A stretch of 57,345 nucleotides of DNA from Candidatus Eiseniibacteriota bacterium. GTDB taxonomy: Bacteria; Eisenbacteria; RBG-16-71-46. Under the pieces are notes generated by a model. The model searched no databases. It was not told the DNA's origin and was given only the letters and a program-made list of their open reading frames with translations. The stretch is taken from positions 1 to 57,345 of the forward strand of contig JBGAML010000025.1 in the NCBI GenBank assembly GCA_044223005.1. The letters run 5' to 3'. Within the stretch, counting starts at the first letter, position 1; each line of letters opens with the position of its first letter. Shown here piece after piece: positions 21,601 through 29,863 of the stretch. Made by a program: the position numbers and the translations under genes.

Positions 21601-22093
21601 GGGGGCCGCGGGCTCGCTCGTGGCCGCGGATCTCGACCGCGACGGCACGCTGGAACTGGTCGCTCCCGATCGCGACACGCTGCTCTACGCGTACCGGCTG
21701 CCGGTGGGCGCGGGGCGCCCGGGCACGATGTGGACGATGGCAGGTGGCGATCCCGGCCGTACGTACGCGCTGCCCTCGACGCGCGGGCCGCAGCCCGTGC
21801 GCGCGAGCGCGGGGCCGCTGGTGGCCGGGACGCTCAAGGCGTTCCCGAACCCGGCGCGGCGCCGGCCGGTGTCGTTCGCCTATTCGCTCTCCGAGGACGC
21901 GCGCGTGGACGTCAAGATCCTCGACACCTCCGGGCACGAAGTGGCGTCGTTCCAGCGCCAGGGCCTGCGCGCGGAGAACACCGAGGTCTGGGATCCGGGG
22001 GCGCTGCCCGCGGGACTCTACGTGGCGCACCTGACGTTCAGCGGCGCGCACGGCTCGGCGTCGAAGGTGCTCACGATCGGGGTGCTCCGGTGA
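18677..22093 (+). CDS. secreted M6 (immune inhibitor A-like) metallopeptidase with FG-GAP repeats and T9SS-type C-terminal domain
   Basis: VIHAG, zincin AHENGH...DVYD, WSLMDSG, EYVLLENR and GILAWHVDE motifs. DxDGDG repeats. Tail AFPNP...LPAGLYVAHL...IGVLR. Confidence 0.8.
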   Translation: MPRMTKTTLVAFTVALALGSGAAVVHADALKVRPVASPEAIARSGGRLRADALTPAEQQVLARRLEIQKQGEALERQVMFPPGLVVDRTRFAARRPGWTPPPGVTRDASELRGWRVDPQAARLGPPDTIRVAFLRVDFLHDRGGSASTGDGKFDLSGPDTNVVPIDRAPHNRDFYESHARALERFYDVQSYGRVVLQIDTWPAEQDSAYHLNDMADLGPWKFGNSVYRAAVNMFRDMFFAADTQSTQRGDRIPWQKYDRFMVIHAGGDLQSDVRQDSKEDIPSFTVFLGDTDRVIFRDSLAWNVDNPIDRASFVPETVNQDGYYGALNGVIAHENGHNIFGFLDVYDIESGYPVCGYWSLMDSGNLDGVHVALKDGDVIWAIGLLPPSIDPFQRNFIGDGMDIRVPTWGDTLAIRGSNRGNVFYKLPLSSDEYVLLENRYQWPGDTLVDLEADPVTKVILGPRSPDRFEYDALGPGSGILAWHVDESVVPFERSLRINPDYGLNTNWARQGLQIIEADGLDDLGDGGSPYLEGSPLDPYQKSVNASLSDSTTPNLLPNQGTRPHLRVDFLDDAGDTMHFTASRTWAMRAFPVRANLTRGGAWPLAIDADGDRNFDVCWAGGDTLIAWPDKADSNALFAVRPDGTGLAGGPYAFAHLDAPPFPQMAACLTGDASLGEGPAVFAACTRDTGAGDPHGGKVWLVDHHGAPLAGWPVTLPAFASTPPVIAGTWPNIAVLVGAKDGYVYALDATGAQVARSATALAGGVSGRLAFWQGPGVLTVSTAAPSETSFVAAGGANGEVAVYRFSGAAPMARLAGWNTGVAGAFVPDFLWLHLGGEGTYAEGNCASGPTLVAHHADKLWAWCLDGGLLRGWGRSLGDTLVAGLGVGDPDGDGFPEVLTQTRRSKVMFVNRDGYPSPGWPRAGSKEEFLASASPALALDVDADDRSEVVTLNGSGMLVALRADGHAPVGWPLATGAGAAGSLVAADLDRDGTLELVAPDRDTLLYAYRLPVGAGRPGTMWTMAGGDPGRTYALPSTRGPQPVRASAGPLVAGTLKAFPNPARRRPVSFAYSLSEDARVDVKILDTSGHEVASFQRQGLRAENTEVWDPGALPAGLYVAHLTFSGAHGSASKVLTIGVLR

Positions 22094-22890
22094 GGATCAT
22101 CCTCGCGTCGGCGCTGCTCGCGCTCGTGGCGGCCGTTGCCGCCGCGCACGCGAGCGCGCTGCCGCGCGAGGGCTCGGCGTTCGCGCTGCAGCAGGTGACG
22201 ATCGAGCGTACGGCGCGCGTGCCGAACACGTGGCTCGCACAGCGCGCCATCACGCGCGAGTGGGGCGCGTCGGACGATTCGACGTATCGCGTGGTCGACG
22301 TGCCGGGCTGGAAGTCCGAGGGGCTCGCGTTCGGGCTCTCCGGGGCCGTGCCCGGCCTGGGCCAGCTCTATTCGGAAGAGGGCAGCGGCTGGCTGTTCAT
22401 GCTCGGCGAGGCGGCGGGCTGGCTCGGCCGCTGGTACGAGCGCCGGCAGGCCTCGCGCGACTTCGACGATGCCGTGGCGCTGGTCGGCGACCCGACGGAT
22501 TCCTCGTCGACGTTCTCGTTCGCCCGCTACCGGCAGGTGACGGGGCAGGATCCCTCGACGCTCGAAACGCTGTGGAGCGGCGACCACAACGCGTTCTACC
22601 GCGCGCTGGCCGACGACCCGACGGCGTTCAGGGGCTTCTCCGGCGTGCAGCCGCAGCAGACGGTCAATCGCTTCGCCGACATGCTGTCGAGCCACGACGA
22701 TGCGCTCCAGCGCTCGCGCGTCATCGAGACGCTCCTGTGGCTCAATCATCTCGGTTCGGCGCTGGATGCGCTGCGCGCGGCACGACTGCGGAACCTGCCG
22801 CTGCGCGAGGAGTACCACCTGGAACTGGGTCAGCGGCGCGTGCGGAGCGGACGCTCCGAGTGGCGCGCGGCCCTCGTACGGAGGTTCTGA
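22090..22890 (+). CDS. exported hypothetical protein, DUF5683-like
   Basis: GTGA overlap with the upstream gene. Signal peptide. SGAVPGLGQLY motif followed by a hydrophobic helix, and NHLGSALDA. Confidence 0.6.
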   Translation: MRIILASALLALVAAVAAAHASALPREGSAFALQQVTIERTARVPNTWLAQRAITREWGASDDSTYRVVDVPGWKSEGLAFGLSGAVPGLGQLYSEEGSGWLFMLGEAAGWLGRWYERRQASRDFDDAVALVGDPTDSSSTFSFARYRQVTGQDPSTLETLWSGDHNAFYRALADDPTAFRGFSGVQPQQTVNRFADMLSSHDDALQRSRVIETLLWLNHLGSALDALRAARLRNLPLREEYHLELGQRRVRSGRSEWRAALVRRF

Positions 22891-22897
22891 GGTTCTC

Positions 22898-23800
22898 GTG
22901 ACCCGTCGCCCGATCGTCCTGCTCGCGCTGCTCGTGCTCGCGCTCGCCCCGCGCGTTCACGCCACGGAACTGCCCGCCGCGCCCGCGGTGGAGGACCTGT
23001 TCGTGCCCGCGCCCTCGGCGGCACCGGTCGCGCCGGAGATCCTGTCGGCATTCGCGCAGCCAGTGGTGTCGGAAGGGCTGGAGGCTTCGCCGGCGCTCTT
23101 CGGCCGCGGCCGCGGTGCGAAGAAGCCGGGCCGCGAGAAGCCGGCGTACGAAGGCATGCCGCTGGGCGCCGAGCGGGCGCGGATCCTGCTGCGTTCGCTC
23201 GCGGTGCCGGGTTGGGGCCAGGCCACGCTCGGGCGCCGGCACGCGGCGGCGACGTTCGCCGTCGTCGAAGCGGGCATCTGGGGCGCGTTCACGTCGTTCC
23301 GCGTGCAGGAGCAGATGCGCCGCAACACCTACGAGCGCACGGCGCGGCTGTTCGCGGGCATCGACCTGAAAGGTCGTGACGACGAGTACCGGCGCATCGT
23401 GGGCGCGTTCGTGAGCAGTGACGAGTACAACCTGCTCGTCGTTTCGCGCGACGCGGCGAACCTCTACATGCAGGATCCCGCGAAGGCGGACATGGTCGCC
23501 TACCACCAGTACATCGCCGAGCACTCGATCGGCGGCAGCGACGCGTGGCACTGGAACGACCTCGAGAGCTTCTCCCGCTACCGCGGCCAGCGGAAGGACG
23601 CGCAGCGTGCGTCGCTCCGTGCGAACACCGTGCTGGGCCTCGCGGTCGCGAACCGGATCGTCAGCGCGCTGCACGCGACGCGCGCGGCGGGGCGGCTGCG
23701 TCCCGCCGCCACGACGCCCGCCTCGTGGAACTTCGACGTGACGCCCGGCGAGCCGGGCGGCCCCGTGGCGTTCCGCGCCGGCGTCCGCGCCACGTTCTGA
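22898..23800 (+). CDS. exported hypothetical protein, DUF5683-like (paralog of upstream gene)
   Basis: Signal peptide. RSLAVPGWGQ motif, NRIVSALHA, C-terminal VRATF. Confidence 0.6.
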   Translation: MTRRPIVLLALLVLALAPRVHATELPAAPAVEDLFVPAPSAAPVAPEILSAFAQPVVSEGLEASPALFGRGRGAKKPGREKPAYEGMPLGAERARILLRSLAVPGWGQATLGRRHAAATFAVVEAGIWGAFTSFRVQEQMRRNTYERTARLFAGIDLKGRDDEYRRIVGAFVSSDEYNLLVVSRDAANLYMQDPAKADMVAYHQYIAEHSIGGSDAWHWNDLESFSRYRGQRKDAQRASLRANTVLGLAVANRIVSALHATRAAGRLRPAATTPASWNFDVTPGEPGGPVAFRAGVRATF

Positions 23801-23814
23801 CGCGGCGAGTCGCC

Positions 23815-24771
23815 GTGCTCGCGTTCCTGCTCTCGGCCGCGCTCGCCGCGGCGCCGGCGCTCGGGTCGCTGCGGACGGTCGCGACCTTCACGGCGCCCGA
23901 AGGCGCCGCTCCGCTGGGCGAGCCGGCCGGTGTCGTGACGGACGCGTTCGGGCACGTGTGGGCGACCGACGCGGCGTCGCACCGGCTCGTGCGCTGGGAC
24001 GCCGACGGCCGCTGGCTCGGCGAATCGGGCGCGCTGGGCAGCGACGAGAACCAGTTTCGGCGGCCGACCTCGCTCGCGCGCCTGGGCTCGCTCGGTGTCG
24101 CGGTGCTCGACGTGGACAACCGCCGCGTGCTCGCGTTCGACCAGCTGGGCCGGCGCACCGATCTCGTGGTGGCGCTCGACGCCCCCGAACTCGAGCAGCA
24201 GGTGGGCCGCGTGCTGCCGGTGGCGCTGGCGGCGGATCGCGGCGCGGCGCTCTGGGTCGCCGACGGCGACCGCGATCGCGTGCTCGCATTCGATTTCTCG
24301 GGCCGCTACGTGCGCACGGTCGGCTCGTACGGCACCGCGCCCGGGGCGTTCCACGGCCTCGCCGCGATCGCGGTCGCGGCGCACGGCGAGCTGGTGACGC
24401 TGGAGCGCGCGGTGCCCGCACCGCGGCGGAAGAAGGGTGCGCCCGCCGACAGCAGCGCGCGCGGTCTCGCCGCGCGCGTGCAGTGGCTCGATGCGGGCGG
24501 CGCGCCGGTCGGCGGCTGGACGATTCCCGAGGCGGCGACGGGCGACGTGGCTATCGCCGTGGACGACTCGGACCGCGTCGCGGTGGTGATTCCCGTGGCG
24601 GGCGGCGACGAGGTGCGGCTCTACACGCGCGACGGCACGCTGCTCGTGCGTACCGCCGACGCCCAGCGGCCGCGCGCGCTCGCGTTCGCGCCGGACGGCA
24701 CGCTGCTCGTGGCCGAGGCGGGCGCGGCCCGCGTGCGCCGCTTCCGGCTCGAACCCCGCCGCGGGGAGTGA
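23815..24771 (+). CDS. NHL-repeat beta-propeller protein
   Basis: Repeated P.GV..D..G.VW.TD...R and GSYGTAPGAF motifs. Start approximate. Confidence 0.75.
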   Translation: MLAFLLSAALAAAPALGSLRTVATFTAPEGAAPLGEPAGVVTDAFGHVWATDAASHRLVRWDADGRWLGESGALGSDENQFRRPTSLARLGSLGVAVLDVDNRRVLAFDQLGRRTDLVVALDAPELEQQVGRVLPVALAADRGAALWVADGDRDRVLAFDFSGRYVRTVGSYGTAPGAFHGLAAIAVAAHGELVTLERAVPAPRRKKGAPADSSARGLAARVQWLDAGGAPVGGWTIPEAATGDVAIAVDDSDRVAVVIPVAGGDEVRLYTRDGTLLVRTADAQRPRALAFAPDGTLLVAEAGAARVRRFRLEPRRGE

Positions 24772-27700
24772 TCGTGCGGACCGCCCGCGCCGCGCTGCTG
24801 GCCGCGGGCGTGCTCGTCGCGGCGGTGGTCTCTGCGCGCGCCGGGCGCGCGGACGTGGTCCCGGGCTGCGGCACGTTCGCGCTGCCGGCGAGTTCGGGCG
24901 GCGACCGCTGGACGCTGCCGCACGGCTTCGTGCGCCCCGGGACCGACTCGGTGTGGACGCGGCGCGGTGCGCTCGTGCGTGGGCGCGACTACGTGCTCGA
25001 CGCCGTGCGCGGCGAGCTGCGCGTGCTGCCGGTGATCGCGCCGGGCGAGACGCTGTGGGTGGCGTGCTGCTGGCTGCTCGATCCGCCGCCGGTCGAGCTC
25101 TGGCGCCAGCGCTGGCAGCCGCTGCCGCCGGAATCGCCGGCGGCGGCCGCGCCGCGCGAGAGCACCACGGCCGCGCCGGTGCGGGCCGCGACCGGCCGCG
25201 ACCTGCGCTCCGCTCCGGGGGGCGCGTCCCTCGCGGTCACGGGCAACAAGACGGTCGCAGTGGAATTCGGATCGTCGCAGGACGCGGCCCTGCGCCAGTC
25301 GCTCGACCTCGCGGTGAGCGGCACGCTCGCGCCGGGCGTGGAGCTGACGGGCGTGCTCTCGGATCGCAACACGCCGCTCGCGGTGCAGGGCAGCACGCAG
25401 GACCTGCAGTCGCTCGATCGCGTGCTGCTCGAACTGCGCGCGCCGCACGCGAACGCGTCGCTGGGCGACATCCCGCTCTCCGTGCAGCGCGGCCAGTTCG
25501 CGCGCTTCGATCGGCAGGTGCAGGGCATGCGCGGCGAGTGGCACGCGGCGGGCTTCACCGCGGCGGTCGCCGCGGCCAGCGCCCAGGGCGAGTACACGCG
25601 CGTGTCGCTGCAGGGTATCGACGGACTGCAGGGGCCCTACGAGCTGACCGATCGCGACGGCGCCACCGGGATCACGGTGGTGGCGGGGAGCGAGGTCGTG
25701 ACGCTCGACGGCCAGCGGCTCGCGCGCGGCGAGAGCGCGGACTACTCGATGGACTACGAACGCGGCCGGCTGACGTTCACCAATCGCCGCCCGATCACGT
25801 CGTCGTCGCGAATCACGGTGGAGTACCAGTACGCCCTCAACCGCTACCGCCGGAACCTCGCGACGTTCTCGGGCGAGTGGGAGGCGCCGAAGGGTTCGCT
25901 CTGGGCGGCGGCGATCACCGAATCCGACGACCGCGGCCGGCCGCTGGACGCGACGCTCGACGCGCAGGACCTCGCGGCGCTCGCGGCGGCGGGCGACTCG
26001 CCCGGACGGGCGATCGGTCCGGGGCTGGTGGCGGGTGCGGGCGACTACGACACCGTGCGCGTGGCGCTGGGCACGGGCACGGTGGTGATCGCGGCATGGG
26101 CGGGCCCGGACTCGGGGGCGTTCACGGCGCGCTTCGCGCGCGTCACGGCGGGCGCGGGCGACTACACCGATTCGGCAGTGGTCGCGGGCCGCACGGCGTA
26201 CCGCTGGGTGGGACCCGGGCGCGGCGCGTACGTGCTCGGGCGCGCGCTGCCGCTGCCGGAGACGCACCGGGTGCTCTCGCTCGGCGGTGCCACGTCGATC
26301 GGCGCGCTGCGGATCGAGGCCGAGGGCGCGACGAGCCGGCGCGACCTGAACACGGCGTCGTCGCTCGACGACGCGCAGGACGTGGGCGGCGCCTCGCGGG
26401 TCGCGCTGACGCTCGCCGGCGCCGTGGGCGCGCTGCCGGGCACGATGGGCGTGCAGGTGGGCGCGCGCGCGATCAACCCCCGCTTCGTGCCGTTCACGCG
26501 GCTCGAGCGGCCGTACGCCGAAGAGGACTGGGGCCTCGCCGCGGGCGCCGATCTGGACCACCAGCGGCGCGGCGACGCGGCGGTCTTCTGGCGGCCGCGG
26601 CCGGGCTCGGAGCTGCGCGCGGACGTCGCGCGACTCACGACGCCCGACGGCTACGCGGGTACGCGCCGGGGCGCCGAGTGGACCGGCGCGCTGCCGCTGC
26701 GCGCGCACGTGCTCTGGCTCGACGCGTCGGGCCGCCGCTCCGGGCTCGGTGCGGGGGACGCGGGCCGCCGCCGGCTGCTCGCCGAGGTCGGCCACGCCGG
26801 GCGTTGGCTGGCGCCGAGCCTGCGCTTCGAGCGCGACGACCGCACGACGCCCGGCGACACCGTGGGCGCGCGCGCGCGCGTGCACGACCTCGCGGGTGAG
26901 CTCGCGAGTGGCACGGTGCCGCGCTGGAAGTGGCGCATGGGCCTGGGGCGGCGCACGGACCGCGGCGACGTGGGCGCGGCCACGTCGGAGCGGCGCGCGA
27001 CCACGCTGGGCGGTGGCGCCGAGAGCCCGGCGGGTGGCGCGCTGGGCGTGGCGGTCGCGGGCCAGCACCGCGTGACGAGCGACGTGGCGTCGGGCTCGCG
27101 CACGACGTCCGACCTCGCGAGCGTCAAGCTGCGCGGCGAGCGCCGGCCGTGGGGACTCTCGGGGTCGCTCGACGCCGAGCTGACGAGCGAGGCCGACAAC
27201 GTGCGGCTGCGCACGCTGACCTTCGTGGGTGCGGGTCGTGGCAGCTACGACGCGCTCGGCAACTACGTGGGCACGGGCGACTACGAGCTGGCGCTCGCGG
27301 TCACGCCGACGCTGGACCGTTACGCGCGCACGGCGACGAGCGCGCGCGCGGGGTGGCAGTTCGGCTCGAACGACGCGTGGCGCGGCAGCCGGCTGGACCT
27401 CGTGTTCGACGGCGAGGCGCGCCGCCGCGGGGGGCCGCGCGCGGGCGACGCGTTCCTCGGCGCCGGCTCGGCGCTGGGCGACGCGGACCTGGCGCGCGGC
27501 GCGGTGACGCAGCGGATCGAAGGCGACGTGGCGCCGGGCTCTCACGTGGCGGCGTTCCACGTGCGCGCCGAGCGGCGCGTCGTGGCCGACCGCACGTACG
27601 GCAACTTCGCCCAGGCGACCGACCAGCGCACGGGCGCGCTGCGCTGGCGCGCGCGGCCCGGCACGGCGACGACGCTCGAGGCGCAGGCGCAGTTCCAGTG

Positions 27701-28136
27701 GCAGCGCGCCGAGCAGTCGGTGGTGGGCGGCGCGAGCTACGCGCGCACGCTGCTCGACCAGGGCGGCACGGGCCAGTTCGTCTGGCAGCCGGGCCCGGCA
27801 CTGCGCGCGGCGGGCGTGTTCGAGCTGGACTTCGCGCGCCCCGAGGGCCAGGTCGAGGCGACGCGCACGATCCGGCTCGGGCCAGATCTCGGCGCCGCGG
27901 TGGGCCCGCGCGGTCGCGCCGAGGTGTCCGTGCGGCGGGCGTTCGTGAGCGGGCCGCCGGCGGTGGCGCTGCTGCCGTCGGCCGACCCGGCGGGCTTCGC
28001 GCGCTGGGACGCGAACCTGCGCTTCGACCTGCGCCTGCACGAGACGACGACGTTCGGCGTCACCGGGCTGGTGCGCGAGCGCCCGGGCCGTGCGACGGTG
28101 GTGAACGGCCGCGCCGAAGTGAGGGCCTTCTTCTGA
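24768..28136 (+). CDS. large uncharacterised outer-membrane beta-barrel-like protein
   Basis: Signal peptide. QSLDLAVSG.L...VEL.GVLSD motif and GSEVVTLDGQRL.RG...DYSMDYERG.LTF motif. Amphipathic beta-strands and C-terminal Phe (AEVRAFF). Confidence 0.65.
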   Translation: MIVRTARAALLAAGVLVAAVVSARAGRADVVPGCGTFALPASSGGDRWTLPHGFVRPGTDSVWTRRGALVRGRDYVLDAVRGELRVLPVIAPGETLWVACCWLLDPPPVELWRQRWQPLPPESPAAAAPRESTTAAPVRAATGRDLRSAPGGASLAVTGNKTVAVEFGSSQDAALRQSLDLAVSGTLAPGVELTGVLSDRNTPLAVQGSTQDLQSLDRVLLELRAPHANASLGDIPLSVQRGQFARFDRQVQGMRGEWHAAGFTAAVAAASAQGEYTRVSLQGIDGLQGPYELTDRDGATGITVVAGSEVVTLDGQRLARGESADYSMDYERGRLTFTNRRPITSSSRITVEYQYALNRYRRNLATFSGEWEAPKGSLWAAAITESDDRGRPLDATLDAQDLAALAAAGDSPGRAIGPGLVAGAGDYDTVRVALGTGTVVIAAWAGPDSGAFTARFARVTAGAGDYTDSAVVAGRTAYRWVGPGRGAYVLGRALPLPETHRVLSLGGATSIGALRIEAEGATSRRDLNTASSLDDAQDVGGASRVALTLAGAVGALPGTMGVQVGARAINPRFVPFTRLERPYAEEDWGLAAGADLDHQRRGDAAVFWRPRPGSELRADVARLTTPDGYAGTRRGAEWTGALPLRAHVLWLDASGRRSGLGAGDAGRRRLLAEVGHAGRWLAPSLRFERDDRTTPGDTVGARARVHDLAGELASGTVPRWKWRMGLGRRTDRGDVGAATSERRATTLGGGAESPAGGALGVAVAGQHRVTSDVASGSRTTSDLASVKLRGERRPWGLSGSLDAELTSEADNVRLRTLTFVGAGRGSYDALGNYVGTGDYELALAVTPTLDRYARTATSARAGWQFGSNDAWRGSRLDLVFDGEARRRGGPRAGDAFLGAGSALGDADLARGAVTQRIEGDVAPGSHVAAFHVRAERRVVADRTYGNFAQATDQRTGALRWRARPGTATTLEAQAQFQWQRAEQSVVGGASYARTLLDQGGTGQFVWQPGPALRAAGVFELDFARPEGQVEATRTIRLGPDLGAAVGPRGRAEVSVRRAFVSGPPAVALLPSADPAGFARWDANLRFDLRLHETTTFGVTGLVRERPGRATVVNGRAEVRAFF

Positions 28137-29863
28137 TGCGCGCGCGCGTGGCGTTCCTGCTGCTGCTGGTGGCGCTCGGCCTCGGGGCCGTGCGGCCCGC
28201 GCACGCCGCGGCCACGGCGCGGCTCGAGCTCGCGGGCTCGCCGCTGGCGAGCGCCGAGGGCGAGGCGCTGCTGCAGCCGGCGCTGCGCGCGCCGGCCGAC
28301 TCGGCTGCGCTCGCGCGATCGCTCGACGCCCTGCTCGCGCGCATGCAGTCGGGCGGCTGGCTCGACGCCCGCGTCGCTGCGGCGTGGCGCGGGGATTCGG
28401 CCGAGCGCGTGCTCGCGGCGAAGGTGAGCGCGGGGTCGCGCTACCGCTGGGGCGCGCTCGCGCTCGACGTGCCGCGCGAGGACTCGGCAGCGGTGGCGGC
28501 GGCGCTCGCATGGACGCCGGGCGCGCCGGCGAGCCCGCCCGCGCTTACGGCGGCGGTCGCACGCGTGGTGGACGCGGCCGTGGCCGACGGGCACGCGTGG
28601 GCGTCGTTCGGCGTGACGGGGTGGACGCCCGACTCCGCAGGCACGGTCGGCGTGCGCGTGACGGGCACGCGCGGGCCGCGCGTCACGGTGGGCGAGGTGC
28701 GGATCGAGGGCCTGCACGTCACGCGGCCCGACGTGGCGCAGCGCGCGTTGGGACGGCTGGCCGGACTCGCCTACAATCCGGCGGCGACACGCGCCGCGAC
28801 CGCGCGGCTCGAGGCGCTGGGGATCTTCCGCCACGTCGAGCCGCTCGGCCTCGCGGGGCTCGGCGACTCGCGGCGCGGCGTCCTGCGCTGGCGCGTCGAG
28901 GAGCCGCGCTACAACACGTTCGAGGGCGCGGTCGGCGTGCAGGGCTCCGCGGGCGCGGTCGGGCTCGCGCGGCTGGAGCTGGGCAACCTGCTGGGTACGG
29001 CGCGCGCGATGTCGCTGTCGTGGCAGTCGCGCGGGAAGGGACTGGTGGAGTTCGGGGCGCGCTACGTGGAGCCGATGCTCTTCGGGCGCGCGTTGCGGTG
29101 GGAGGCGTCGTTGCAGCAGCAGATCCAGGACACGTCGTACACGCGCTTCCGCTGGGGGACGCGCGCGCGTGTCGCGCTCGGCGAGCGGCTGGGCGCGGAG
29201 GCGGCGTTCGACGTCGAGCGCGTGGTGCAGACGCAGGGCGAGGTGCGCGACGCGGACGTGCAGAACACGTCGTTCGCGCTCGAACGCGACGCGCGCGACG
29301 AAGCGCGCGCGCCGCGGCGCGGCACGTTCGCGCGCCTCGAGGCGACGCAGGCGTTCACGCGCCAGACGCTGCGCCCGGTGCCCGGCGAGCCGGTGACGGG
29401 CCGCGACGCGACGGGCGGCGCGCTGCAGTGGACGGGCGAGTGGCACCGGCCGCTCGGCCGCGCGACCGGGCTCGCGCTCGAGACGCGCGCGGCGGCCCGC
29501 TTCAGCTCCGAGAGCGTGCTGTCGGACTGGGAACGCTGGCCGGTCGGCGGCTCGGCGAGCCTGCGCGGGCACGACGAGGAGGAGTTCCGGGTCGACCGTT
29601 ACGCGCTCTCGCGGTTCGAGTGGCGCTTCTTCCTCGCGATGCCGGGGCAGCGCGCGGCGCTCTTCTGGGACCACGCGCACCTCGAGACGCGGCTCGCGGC
29701 CCCGGCGGGCGGCACGCGGCGCGATGCGCAGGAGGCGGACGGGCTCGGCGTGGGCTTGCGGCTGCCGGCCGCGGGCGGCGACGTGGACCTCGACTACGGT
29801 CTCGCGCCCGGGCGCGGCGTGCTCGAGGGCAAGATCCACCTTCGCCTGGTGACGGCGTTCTGA
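28136..29863 (+). CDS. Omp85 (BamA/TamA-like) outer-membrane protein with POTRA domains
   Basis: TGATG overlap. POTRA-like segments, NLLGTAR, YVEP, loop-6 motif GGSASLRGHDE, C-terminal LVTAF. Confidence 0.8.
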   Translation: MRARVAFLLLLVALGLGAVRPAHAAATARLELAGSPLASAEGEALLQPALRAPADSAALARSLDALLARMQSGGWLDARVAAAWRGDSAERVLAAKVSAGSRYRWGALALDVPREDSAAVAAALAWTPGAPASPPALTAAVARVVDAAVADGHAWASFGVTGWTPDSAGTVGVRVTGTRGPRVTVGEVRIEGLHVTRPDVAQRALGRLAGLAYNPAATRAATARLEALGIFRHVEPLGLAGLGDSRRGVLRWRVEEPRYNTFEGAVGVQGSAGAVGLARLELGNLLGTARAMSLSWQSRGKGLVEFGARYVEPMLFGRALRWEASLQQQIQDTSYTRFRWGTRARVALGERLGAEAAFDVERVVQTQGEVRDADVQNTSFALERDARDEARAPRRGTFARLEATQAFTRQTLRPVPGEPVTGRDATGGALQWTGEWHRPLGRATGLALETRAAARFSSESVLSDWERWPVGGSASLRGHDEEEFRVDRYALSRFEWRFFLAMPGQRAALFWDHAHLETRLAAPAGGTRRDAQEADGLGVGLRLPAAGGDVDLDYGLAPGRGVLEGKIHLRLVTAF

